DNA of 32,000 nt from Geotalea uraniireducens Rf4 (GCF_000016745.1 NC_009483.1:600001-632000); one strand, 5' to 3'; shown: positions 23,107 to 30,749, counted from the stretch's first letter. Numbers and translations: made by a program. The notes: generated by a model not told the origin, from the sequence alone.

Positions 23107-25395
23107 TTACTTGCCGTTTTCTATGACGACCGGCTTCAGTCCCTGTTTTTCCAGCTTCGCCGCCTCGTTCATGGCTGCCTCACGTGTCGGGAAGCTGCCG
23201 GCGGTAAGCAGGGACGTTGGAACGGATACGGATATATTCTTCATGCTTAACTTTATGCCGAGGGCGGCAAGCCGCTCCAGTTCCTTTGCCGCATACTTCC
23301 GATTGACGTAAGACCCGGCATAGACGCTGTACTTTCCTGCTCCGCTTTTGATAATGAGTCCTTTGGCGTTGACGCTGCGCAGCTTGTCAAGCTCTTTCCG
23401 GGCCGACTCCCGATCTGGAAATTCCCCGATGTAGAGACCTAGCATCGGTTCCTTTTTCGTTGGGCCCTTTTTCACCACCGGCGACAGGCCGGCGCGTTGT
23501 ACTTTTTTCTTGGCATTCGCCAATGCCGATTTCACCGTATACTCTCCAACCTTAATCGTGTATTTCCCGGTTGCCGCAGCATTCTCCGCCTTGCCGGCAA
23601 AGACCGTCGCCTGCTCTCCAGCGACCATTCCGGCAGCTTCCTTTTCGCCTTCTTTCGTCTGGGCGCTCACCTTATCGGCAGAGTCCTTCCGGGAAGCCTT
23701 CACTTCTCCTTGCTCTTTTTCAGCTTTTGTCGTGATGCGGCCACCGTTTACCTGCATCTCACTGTCGGGCAGAGCGACCTTTCCGTCGCTGACTGGTGCG
23801 GCCGGCATATCCGTGCTTCCGGGCTTTTTGCTTTCCCCGGCGTCAGTGGACACGGCGCGCTCTGGAGCCGGTGTCGGCATCTTCTCATTCGCGAGATCTG
23901 CCGGATGTGACGTGTCGATATGAACGCCCAGGCGGTCGAGAAGTTTTCCCGTGTCTCGCCAGAGCTTTGTTACCGCATTTGCAAACGTTTCAACCGCATC
24001 CAGCTGTGCATTTCGGGCAGAAATCAGGTCGTTTTCCGCATTGAGAACGTCTTGAACCGTGGTCGTGCCTGCCTTGTGGTTCTTCCGGTACTCATCGAGG
24101 CGCTGCTCGGCGAATTGCAGAGACTTGTCGGCCATCTGCATCTGTAACCGTGCCGACAAAAGCGCCCGCATGTCCGCCTCGACATCGTTACGGATTTTCC
24201 ACGCAAGTGCCTTGACCTGGTTTTGCACCTGTTCTGCCCTGATTTTGCTCTTGCGATAATCGTTTATGGCGCTGGTATTGCCGAGCGGAACGCTGAATAG
24301 CATGCCGACCGACCAGAAACTGCCCGGGCGGTCTCCGATCTGTTGGAAGCTGTTGCCTATGCTGCCTCCGGTTCCGGTAAGACCTCCGCTGGCAGTGACG
24401 GAGAGGTCGGGGAGCGATTGATGCCTTGCGACCCGCTCCTGTAACTGGCTTGAAGTCAGGGTCAATTGCAGCTGCTTCAGGTCTGGCCGGAACTCCAACG
24501 CATCCTTCACCGCCTGATCTTCCGTTTCCTGCGGTTCGAGCCTGGACGGAGGATCGACGGGGATTAATTGAGTTTTCGGTTCCATGCCGATGAGGTAACG
24601 AAGGCTTGCCTCCTGGTCTCTGACGTTTCGTTCTGCTTCGACGAGGTCCTTCCGCCGCTGGGCAATGGCGAATTCCGCATTGGCTATTTCCATGTTTTGG
24701 AGCGGTGCCGGCTTTATCTGGTTCCTTATCTCGTCCAGGAAGTTCTGCGCCGAATTCAAGGCCGTCAGTCTCGACTCCAGGACCTGCCGTAACGCATAGA
24801 GATGATTGTATGAGGTGATGACTGCGAGAACGGTGTCGGAGATGACGAGACGTAATCGTTCCAGGGAGTCCTGATGTGCACTGGCGGCCAACGTGATGCT
24901 CACTTCTGTTGTCTCCTTGCCTGAATTTTTCAGAAGCGGCTGAGTAACGGTGATTCCCACTGACGACTGCCAATCTTTCGTGGATGTCCCGGAGTCTTCG
25001 ACTTCGGCGTTCGTGAAGCCGGTCTGGGTCGATGCGGCGATACTACCCCCTGTCGGGATATACTGAGTCAAACCGATGGAAGCAAGTCCGCTCGTGGTCT
25101 TGAAGAACGGGTCTCCCGGAACGGCCGACACTCCACCGGTGGCCGAGACACTGAAGAAGGGATTATAGAACCCCCTGCTCCTGGCAACGTCCGTCTCAGC
25201 CATTGAGGAATTGAGGGCCTCTACCCGCAAATCGATATTTTTACGGAGCGCCATCTCCACTGCGAATCCCCGCGAAAGGTTTACCTTTTCAGGAACAATG
25301 TCGCAGTGGCCTTTTCCGGCTGCGAGGAAGATAATTCCGAATACGATTGCCCTTAAGGTCTTGGGAACAGGGAGACCCGTTGCATGTTTGGCCAT
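23107..25395 (-). CDS. TolC-family outer membrane channel fused to C-terminal SPOR (peptidoglycan-binding) repeats
   Basis: Residues from about 40 to 500 show the two-repeat OEP/TolC pattern. A low-complexity linker of about 110 aa follows. After it come at least two SPOR-like units (YTIKVGEYTVKSALANAKKKVQRAGL...; LYIGEFPDRESARKELDKLRS...YSVYAGSYVNRKYAAKELERLAALG...; LLTAGSFPTREAAMNEAAKLEKQGL). GGAGGGG precedes ATG 25395. Confidence 0.8.
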   Translation of the reverse strand: MAKHATGLPVPKTLRAIVFGIIFLAAGKGHCDIVPEKVNLSRGFAVEMALRKNIDLRVEALNSSMAETDVARSRGFYNPFFSVSATGGVSAVPGDPFFKTTSGLASIGLTQYIPTGGSIAASTQTGFTNAEVEDSGTSTKDWQSSVGITVTQPLLKNSGKETTEVSITLAASAHQDSLERLRLVISDTVLAVITSYNHLYALRQVLESRLTALNSAQNFLDEIRNQIKPAPLQNMEIANAEFAIAQRRKDLVEAERNVRDQEASLRYLIGMEPKTQLIPVDPPSRLEPQETEDQAVKDALEFRPDLKQLQLTLTSSQLQERVARHQSLPDLSVTASGGLTGTGGSIGNSFQQIGDRPGSFWSVGMLFSVPLGNTSAINDYRKSKIRAEQVQNQVKALAWKIRNDVEADMRALLSARLQMQMADKSLQFAEQRLDEYRKNHKAGTTTVQDVLNAENDLISARNAQLDAVETFANAVTKLWRDTGKLLDRLGVHIDTSHPADLANEKMPTPAPERAVSTDAGESKKPGSTDMPAAPVSDGKVALPDSEMQVNGGRITTKAEKEQGEVKASRKDSADKVSAQTKEGEKEAAGMVAGEQATVFAGKAENAAATGKYTIKVGEYTVKSALANAKKKVQRAGLSPVVKKGPTKKEPMLGLYIGEFPDRESARKELDKLRSVNAKGLIIKSGAGKYSVYAGSYVNRKYAAKELERLAALGIKLSMKNISVSVPTSLLTAGSFPTREAAMNEAAKLEKQGLKPVVIENGK

Positions 25396-25516
25396 AAAAA
25401 ATCCCCTCCAAACCATAAATGGTCTAAAGGGGATTATATCAATTTAATAAGTTATATCAAATTTGCGCGTCGCCTTGTCACTAGAGTGAAGGCGTGTCAA
25501 GGTGCCTCCAGTAAGA

Positions 25517-26065
25517 TCAGTACTGGGAAATGGCGGTGATTTGGGCAGCTGTCAGGGATTTGAGGGAGCCCATGCCGCCTATGTTGTTGTTGATGGCGCT
25601 CTGGGTCGCAGAAGCGGACTTGCCGCGTTTTCCCTGGCCGTGACACCCGGCGCAGTACTGGGCGTAGAGTGCGGCGCCGTCAAGAGCCGGAGCTGGTGCC
25701 GGAGCTGGTGCCGGAGCTGGAGCTGGTGCTGGAGCTGGTGCTGGAGCAGGTGCTGGAGCAGGTGCTGGAGTCGGAGCAGGTTTCGGAGCCGGAGCCGGAG
25801 CAGGTGCCGGAGTCGGTTTCGGGGCCGGAGCCGGTACTGGCGCAGGAGTCGGCCTAGGGGTTCTGCGGCGCTCCCTCTCCTTCTTCTCCTTCTTCTCCTT
25901 CTCTTCCTTCTCCTTCTTCTCTTTCTCTTCCTTCTCCTTCTTCTCCTTCAGCACTTTCTGTATTTTGGTTGCGTAGTTGTCGTCTGCATAGCCGGAAGGG
26001 ATTACCGTTGCTTGTGCGAATGCCAGAGCCAGAAATAATACCGCCATTTTCATCGTTTTTGTCAT
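25517..26065 (-). CDS. Secreted monohaem class I c-type cytochrome on a KE-rich / (Pro-Ala)n tether
   Basis: Signal peptide MKMAVLFLALAFAQA. A Lys/Glu block of about 30 aa follows (KEKKEKEEKEKKEKEE...), then about 60 aa of PAPxP with a run of more than ten consecutive PA dipeptides. The C-terminal domain of about 55 aa has CAGCH and a candidate axial Met (GGMGS). AAGGAG lies 8 nt before the ATG. Confidence 0.85.
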   Translation of the reverse strand: MTKTMKMAVLFLALAFAQATVIPSGYADDNYATKIQKVLKEKKEKEEKEKKEKEEKEKKEKKERERRRTPRPTPAPVPAPAPKPTPAPAPAPAPKPAPTPAPAPAPAPAPAPAPAPAPAPAPAPAPALDGAALYAQYCAGCHGQGKRGKSASATQSAINNNIGGMGSLKSLTAAQITAISQY

Positions 26066-26282
26066 TTTTGTTACTCCTTGTTTTTTGGTTTTGTCATCTT
26101 TGAAACTTTGTTGCTGCTATGTACTTCCTGATGTTACTTTGCTCGTGATCTTGGTGATCAGTTTATGCTGCCTGTTTGCCCTCCAAGTGAATTCACGAGA
26201 CCGGATATCAATGCAATCCTGCCGATTCCATCTGCTTGTGTACCTCCTTTGAGTGATCTTCGTGTCGCAGCTCCCTGGGCAC

Positions 26283-26400
26283 AAAAAAAGCCGGGTCGCC
26301 GATATCAGGTGATATTCGGCGACCCGGCTGTCTTCATGAGACCCTATAGGCTTTCCGTCCCATCCTCACGGATGGTTTAGTATTATCGTTTTCCCTGTTT
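26283..26400 (-). promoter_or_regulatory. GEMM-I-like (cyclic dinucleotide) riboswitch unit 1 with intrinsic terminator, proximal to the cytochrome gene
   Basis: On the minus strand, AAACC-AUCC-GUGA-GGAU-GG-GACGGAAAGCC (26349-26378) resembles the P2 hairpin and junction of c-di-GMP-I aptamers. The terminator is AGCCGGGUCGCCGA...UCGGCGACCCGGCU plus U7 (26283-26329). Confidence 0.6.
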
Positions 26401-26486
26401 CCATGTGTTGCTGATCGTTACCCTAACGCAATACTGCCTTTGTGCACCTCCTTTGCGTGATCTTCGTGTCGCAGCTCCCTGGGCAC

Positions 26487-26604
26487 AAAAAAAGCCGGGT
26501 CGCCGATATCAGGTGATATTCGGCGACCCGGCTGTCTTCATGAGACCCTGTAGGCTTTCCGTCCCATCCTCGCGGATGGTTTAGTATTATCGTCTTCCCC
26601 GTTT
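26487..26604 (-). promoter_or_regulatory. GEMM-I-like riboswitch unit 2 with intrinsic terminator, distal copy
   Basis: Same core at 26553-26582 but with a GCGA loop (still GNRA). An identical terminator lies at 26487-26533. The offset from unit 1 is 204 nt. Confidence 0.6.
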
Positions 26605-26658
26605 CAATGCTTCTATGTGTCGGTGATGATCACCCTACCTCAAAAACACGCTCGGATA

Positions 26659-26674
26659 TGTGATTTTGATCACA
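26659..26674. promoter_or_regulatory. CRP-type palindrome TGTGA-N6-TCACA
   Basis: TGTGATTTTGATCACA is a perfect match to the CRP-family half-sites. It lies in the divergent region between the riboswitch/cytochrome transcript and yihY. A second palindrome, GGTGATgATCACC, is at 26622-26634. Confidence 0.4.
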
Positions 26675-26704
26675 TTTTAGCCATGTTTCGATTATGATTG
26701 TCTA

Positions 26705-27712
26705 ATGGCGGGAAACGAGAGGGTGTTCCGGGATGGCCGCAGTTCAGCAGCATTATTGACTTTCCAGCGCATGAGGTTAGACTTTGACGAAAACACCGGC
26801 TTTTCTAATTCCATGACCAACAAACAGCAAACACCACATCGGACGTCGGTCCGGCTCTTCGGCTTCCTGCTGAGTGTCGTGCGGGACTTCAGACGTAATC
26901 AGGGCTTTCTCCTGTCCGGCGCTGTCGCCTATTATACCCTGTTGTCGGTCGTCCCCATGTCAATCCTCGCCTTGACCGCCCTGTCGCATGTCATCGGCGA
27001 GGATGAGCTGGTACACACCCTGGCAACGTACCTGGAACTGGTGATACCCGGCTATGCGGCGACTCTTACGGAACAGGTGCGGGTGTTTGTCGAGAACCGC
27101 CAGGTGATCGGTTCCATCGGCTTTCTCGTCATGCTGTTTTTCAGCTCCATAGCCTTTACCGTCCTGGAAAACGCCATATCGGTGATTTTTTATCACCATG
27201 TCCTGACTAAACGCCGCAAATTTATTGTTTCCGCACTTATTCCGTTTCTTTATATCTCTGCCTTGGCTGTGGGCATCGTGCTGGTGTCGGTTATCGTCGG
27301 AGCGGTAGAGACGCTTGAAAACAGGCATCTGATCATGTTCGGCCGGAGTCTGAGCCTTGCCGGCACTACCAGGGTTGCGCTGTATGTCCTGGGGATAGGC
27401 GGTGAGATGCTGATGCTGACCTCCTTCTATCTGGTCATGCCCGTTGTGCGTATCACGTTCCGTCACGCGGTAATCGGCGGGATAATCACGACGGTTTTAT
27501 GGGAGATCGCCCGCCGGGTGCTGGTCTGGTATTATGCCTCCCTTTCCATGGTGAACGTAATCTATGGTTCCATTGCCACGGTCGTGGTGACCCTGCTCAG
27601 CATCGAGGTCTCGGCGTTGATCCTCCTGCTGGGGGCCCAGGTTATTGCGGAGCTTGAGCGCACAACCGGCGAACTGTCCAGGGAGGAAAAACCGCCCGGT
27701 TTTGAGACATGA
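26705..27712 (+). CDS. YihY/BrkB-family inner membrane protein (formerly annotated ribonuclease BN-like)
   Basis: RNQGFLLSGAVAYYTLLSVVPM... is the characteristic YihY N-terminal signature, followed by 5-6 TM segments. The start is uncertain (ATG 26705, 26771 or 26813; none has a good SD). Confidence 0.8.
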   Translation: MAGNERVFRDGRSSAALLTFQRMRLDFDENTGFSNSMTNKQQTPHRTSVRLFGFLLSVVRDFRRNQGFLLSGAVAYYTLLSVVPMSILALTALSHVIGEDELVHTLATYLELVIPGYAATLTEQVRVFVENRQVIGSIGFLVMLFFSSIAFTVLENAISVIFYHHVLTKRRKFIVSALIPFLYISALAVGIVLVSVIVGAVETLENRHLIMFGRSLSLAGTTRVALYVLGIGGEMLMLTSFYLVMPVVRITFRHAVIGGIITTVLWEIARRVLVWYYASLSMVNVIYGSIATVVVTLLSIEVSALILLLGAQVIAELERTTGELSREEKPPGFET

Positions 27713-27748
27713 TGTTCCGCGATATTTTATATCTTTGCAAGGACTATT

Positions 27749-28741
27749 ATGGAAAAACCATTATCCCCGGACGATCTGCCGATTGTGAACGGCAGGATCT
27801 ATCACCTCGATCTCGCCCCGGAGGAGCTGGCGCGGGACGTGATCCTCGTCGGTGATCCCGACCGGGTGCCGCTATTGGCCGACGAACTCCTGGCGGAACG
27901 GGAAGCTGACCGCTTCCATCGCGGGTTTCGCACCATCACCGGCGTTGCCCGCGAGACGGAGATGCGCGTTTCCATCGTCACCTCGGGAATCGGCGCGCCG
28001 TCCACCGAGATCGTTCTCAACGAGCTTGCCGCTCTCAATGAAATCGACTTCAGCACCCTGACCCGAAAGGAATCGTTCGAGCCTCTCAACATCGTCCGTG
28101 TCGGGACGTCCGGCGGACTCAACCCGGCAACGCCGCTCGGCGCACTGGTGTTGACCGACTACGTGATTGGTCTCGACAACACGGGGCTTTTCTACGATGT
28201 CCCGCTCCCCGACGCTGCCTGCGCCTACCTCGAGGAGCAGGCGAGGACGGTCCTCGACCGGGCTGCGCAGCCGGGGGCGCGGTTCGGCGGGACGCTCGCG
28301 CCGTATGCGGCGCGGGCCGACCGGGACCTTTTGACAGCACTTGAGCAGGAGGCGGCAGAGCTCGGCATAACCCATGTGCGGGGGATCACTATCTCCAGTC
28401 CCGGTTTTTTCGCCGAGCAGGGGAGGGGGGTGGCACGGATCGGTTCCACCGTACCCGGTCTGCTCGATGCACTCGAACGGCTGGAGAGCGGCCGGCTCAA
28501 CCTCTACGTCGAGAACCTGGAGATGGAGGCGGGGGTTGTCCTCCATTTCCTGGGGGGGCTCGGCTATCGGGCGGCTGCGGTCTGCGCAGTGATCAACAAA
28601 CGCAATGAAAAGGCTTTCATGGCCGACTACCGCCGGCAGGTGTGTGCCGGGGCACGGATCGCGCTGCGGGCGTTCCGGCGGCTCAGGCCCGAAGCCGGCC
28701 CCCAGCTCATGGCTGGACGGGGAACTTGGCGGGAATCATAA
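27749..28741 (+). CDS. Nucleoside phosphorylase, PNP/UDP family (uridine phosphorylase-like)
   Basis: Family motifs: VILVGDPDRV, IVTSGIGAPS, VRVGTSGGL and ENLEMEAG. Confidence 0.75.
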   Translation: MEKPLSPDDLPIVNGRIYHLDLAPEELARDVILVGDPDRVPLLADELLAEREADRFHRGFRTITGVARETEMRVSIVTSGIGAPSTEIVLNELAALNEIDFSTLTRKESFEPLNIVRVGTSGGLNPATPLGALVLTDYVIGLDNTGLFYDVPLPDAACAYLEEQARTVLDRAAQPGARFGGTLAPYAARADRDLLTALEQEAAELGITHVRGITISSPGFFAEQGRGVARIGSTVPGLLDALERLESGRLNLYVENLEMEAGVVLHFLGGLGYRAAAVCAVINKRNEKAFMADYRRQVCAGARIALRAFRRLRPEAGPQLMAGRGTWRES

Positions 28742-29951
28742 ATACCGACGGTGGGAAGCGCCGGCCGGTTTCCGGATGGCGGATGGTCCGCTTGAGGACG
28801 AAGTCGAAGAGAAGCGGGTTGTAGCGGTAGATCTCGTCGAGGGCGCGCCGCTCTTCCGCGGTGATGAAGCCGCTGCGGAAGAGGCTGCCGGTCATGACGA
28901 GGAAATTGATCGCCGGGAGGGGGTAGTCGCTCCCGTTGACGAGACGGGGGTGGAGGTCGTCCCGCTCCAGCAGGGTCTTCAGCGCATCATCGGAATGATT
29001 GAAGAACGTCACCCCCGCGATCTCTCCGTAGAGAAGCCCCCGGTACTTAGGCTCCTCCATGAGGCGCAGGAAGAGGTCGAAGCTTGGGACCGTCTCCTTT
29101 TCCGGGCTTTCCAGGTCGACATGCTTGCCGTAACTGGCGCTGTGGAGCGCTACCACGGTCACCCCCATGTCGAGCGGCTTGCGCAGAAGAAGCGGATTCC
29201 CCAGCTCCTGGTGTTCTCCCGAAAAAACGGCCAGTTCCTCCCCCGTGTGGGCGAGGAGGACCATCCCGTATTCCCGCATTTTCCGGTAAAACGGCTCCGT
29301 CAGCGGGCTGGACGGGTCGATCCCCTGGGAGGTCGAAAGCCACTTGACGTAGCGGCACCCCTTCCGCGCCCATCTCTCCAGTTCCCGGACGGCGTCCGGC
29401 CGGTATGGGTGGACGGAGATGACCGGCACGAAGAGTTCAGGATAGTGTTCGGCCAGGGAAAAAATGTAGTCGTTGGGAACATGGAAGGGGGTTGACGCAG
29501 GGTCGAAGGTGCCGTCCGGCCGGTAGTGCCGGTCCATGGCGCAGATGAAGCAGCGGCCGTGCCCCTTGATGTTCCGGACGAGGTCGACGAGGCGCTCAAC
29601 GTACTGCTCGCTGACCCGCTCACTGTCGCTGATCCCCGAGGCGCTCAGGTAGGCCCGGTACTGAAGCATCCTGAAAGGGTGGAGCCACGAGCGGGTGGTG
29701 GGGCTGACCCACGGGCCGTTCTGGTCCGGTCCGTCGCCGAAGACGTGGACGTGGAAATCGGTCAGCCGGGCGGAATCGATTCCCTCGAATGCTTTCGCGA
29801 TCAGTTCGTGGGCCGCGGGTGTGAGCGCCGCATCCATCTCGGCCGGCTTGCCGGCAAAATTCCCCGCTCCCCAGTCGATGAGCGTTCCGCACCCGCCGAG
29901 CAGGGTGGCCAGGAAGAGCATCATCGCCCACGAGGCACGCATGACGGGCAT
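28707..29951 (-). CDS. Amidohydrolase-superfamily (TIM-barrel metal-dependent hydrolase) lipoprotein
   Basis: HVHVF (HxH metal motif), AHTGEE, ALHSAS and NGSDYPLP match the Amidohydro_2-type pattern. The N-terminus MPVMRASWAMMLFLATLLGGCG has a lipobox. The ORF-track start at 29981 is a TTG. The 3' end overlaps the convergent phosphorylase gene by 35 nt. Confidence 0.65.
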   Translation of the reverse strand: MPVMRASWAMMLFLATLLGGCGTLIDWGAGNFAGKPAEMDAALTPAAHELIAKAFEGIDSARLTDFHVHVFGDGPDQNGPWVSPTTRSWLHPFRMLQYRAYLSASGISDSERVSEQYVERLVDLVRNIKGHGRCFICAMDRHYRPDGTFDPASTPFHVPNDYIFSLAEHYPELFVPVISVHPYRPDAVRELERWARKGCRYVKWLSTSQGIDPSSPLTEPFYRKMREYGMVLLAHTGEELAVFSGEHQELGNPLLLRKPLDMGVTVVALHSASYGKHVDLESPEKETVPSFDLFLRLMEEPKYRGLLYGEIAGVTFFNHSDDALKTLLERDDLHPRLVNGSDYPLPAINFLVMTGSLFRSGFITAEERRALDEIYRYNPLLFDFVLKRTIRHPETGRRFPPSVFMIPAKFPVQP

Positions 29952-30032
29952 ATTCGCTAGTCCGACCCATGGAGCAGCCAACGCTTTTCCTCCGTTTCTT
30001 TCAGTCCGTAAAGCCGCAGTACCTATCGACCG

Positions 30033-30488
30033 TCACGGCAAGGATTCGAAATTGCCGAAGTAGGGAACGTCGCCGTATTGCCTGAATGCCGGTGGTTCTT
30101 CCGCCAGCCAGTAGATATAGGTAAAACGGACGTGCGTCGGTGCAAAATCGGGTGAGGGACGGAACTCCATCCGGAACGGCTCGGATCTGCCCGGGGGGAT
30201 GTAGGTAGGAAAATCGGCGTAGGTTTCCCTGGCGAGGATCTTGCGTCGTTCATCCGTGAGCCGGACGGTCAATTCCAGGTCGCGCAGGTAATAGCTCCGC
30301 CGGTTCGTGACCGTCCCCGCCAAACTGACCATCTGGCCGGTACGCTCCGCCTGCCAGGCAATCTCTACATCATAGTAGCTGAAGTGGTGGGGGGAGAAGG
30401 ACGGGTTTTTGTCCAGTTCCTTGTGGTAGACGCTGCAAGCAGCCGTCGCGAGGAGAAGCAACAGGACGAGAGCACATTGTTTTATCAT
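30033..30488 (-). CDS. Small lipoprotein, function unknown
   Basis: MIKQCALVLLLLLATAACS has a lipobox. GGAAGGAAAG precedes ATG 30488. The longer ORF-track version would run into the inverted repeat at 30527. Confidence 0.6.
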   Translation of the reverse strand: MIKQCALVLLLLLATAACSVYHKELDKNPSFSPHHFSYYDVEIAWQAERTGQMVSLAGTVTNRRSYYLRDLELTVRLTDERRKILARETYADFPTYIPPGRSEPFRMEFRPSPDFAPTHVRFTYIYWLAEEPPAFRQYGDVPYFGNFESLP

Positions 30489-30526
30489 GGTCTTTCCTTC
30501 CGGCTCGCGAAAAACGGCACTTCTGC

Positions 30527-30703
30527 CACAGAGACACGGAGAAATCACAGAGAAAATAAAACTGAATTTACCGCAAAGGACCAAAAGGGTCTAAATGCCT
30601 AACATGCCGATATCGCAAAGGAAACCAGACGCTAACAGGGTTAGTTGGCGTTCTTTGTGGCTTTGCGGGAGACTGCTTTTTAATAAATCTCCGTGTCTCT
30701 GTG
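30527..30703. repeat. Perfect 16-bp inverted repeat CACAGAGACACGGAGA / TCTCCGTGTCTCTGTG flanking 145 nt
   Basis: Arms at 30527-30542 and 30688-30703. The same TCTCCGTGTCTCCGTG motif occurs at 17193-17208. Confidence 0.55.
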
Positions 30704-30749
30704 ACTCTATGGCAAAACTGCTTTTTGAATTCGGGACATGAACTGCCGG

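Noticed and set aside
25502-26038. 178-aa plus-strand ORF (WCRSWCRS..., LLLLLF...) opposite the cytochrome gene.
   Set aside because: It is a mirror artefact of the (PA)n and KE repeats. The minus frame has a signal peptide, an SD and a CxxCH domain.
26090-26200. Possible third GEMM-like element (minus strand GGGCAAACAGG ... CACGAGCAAAGT) between unit 1 and the cytochrome start.
   Set aside because: There is no GNRA-capped P2 hairpin at the right spacing, and the second motif deviates from ACGCAAAGCC. It is probably chance similarity, but a covariance-model scan would settle it.
26165-26380. 71-aa plus-strand ORF, and a 12-codon minus-strand ORF, inside riboswitch unit 1.
   Set aside because: Neither is conserved in the near-identical second unit (the ATG is lost there). 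The region is better explained as structured RNA.
26232-26639. Possible CRISPR array or generic tandem duplication.
   Set aside because: There are only two units of about 200 nt with no short repeat/spacer organisation and no cas genes. The internal aptamer-like core and terminators explain the units.
28707-28741. 35-nt overlap of the convergent phosphorylase and amidohydrolase genes as a possible antisense regulatory device.
   Set aside because: Both stops are unambiguous, and short convergent overlaps are common. Nothing in the sequence (no hairpin, no repeat) suggests more.
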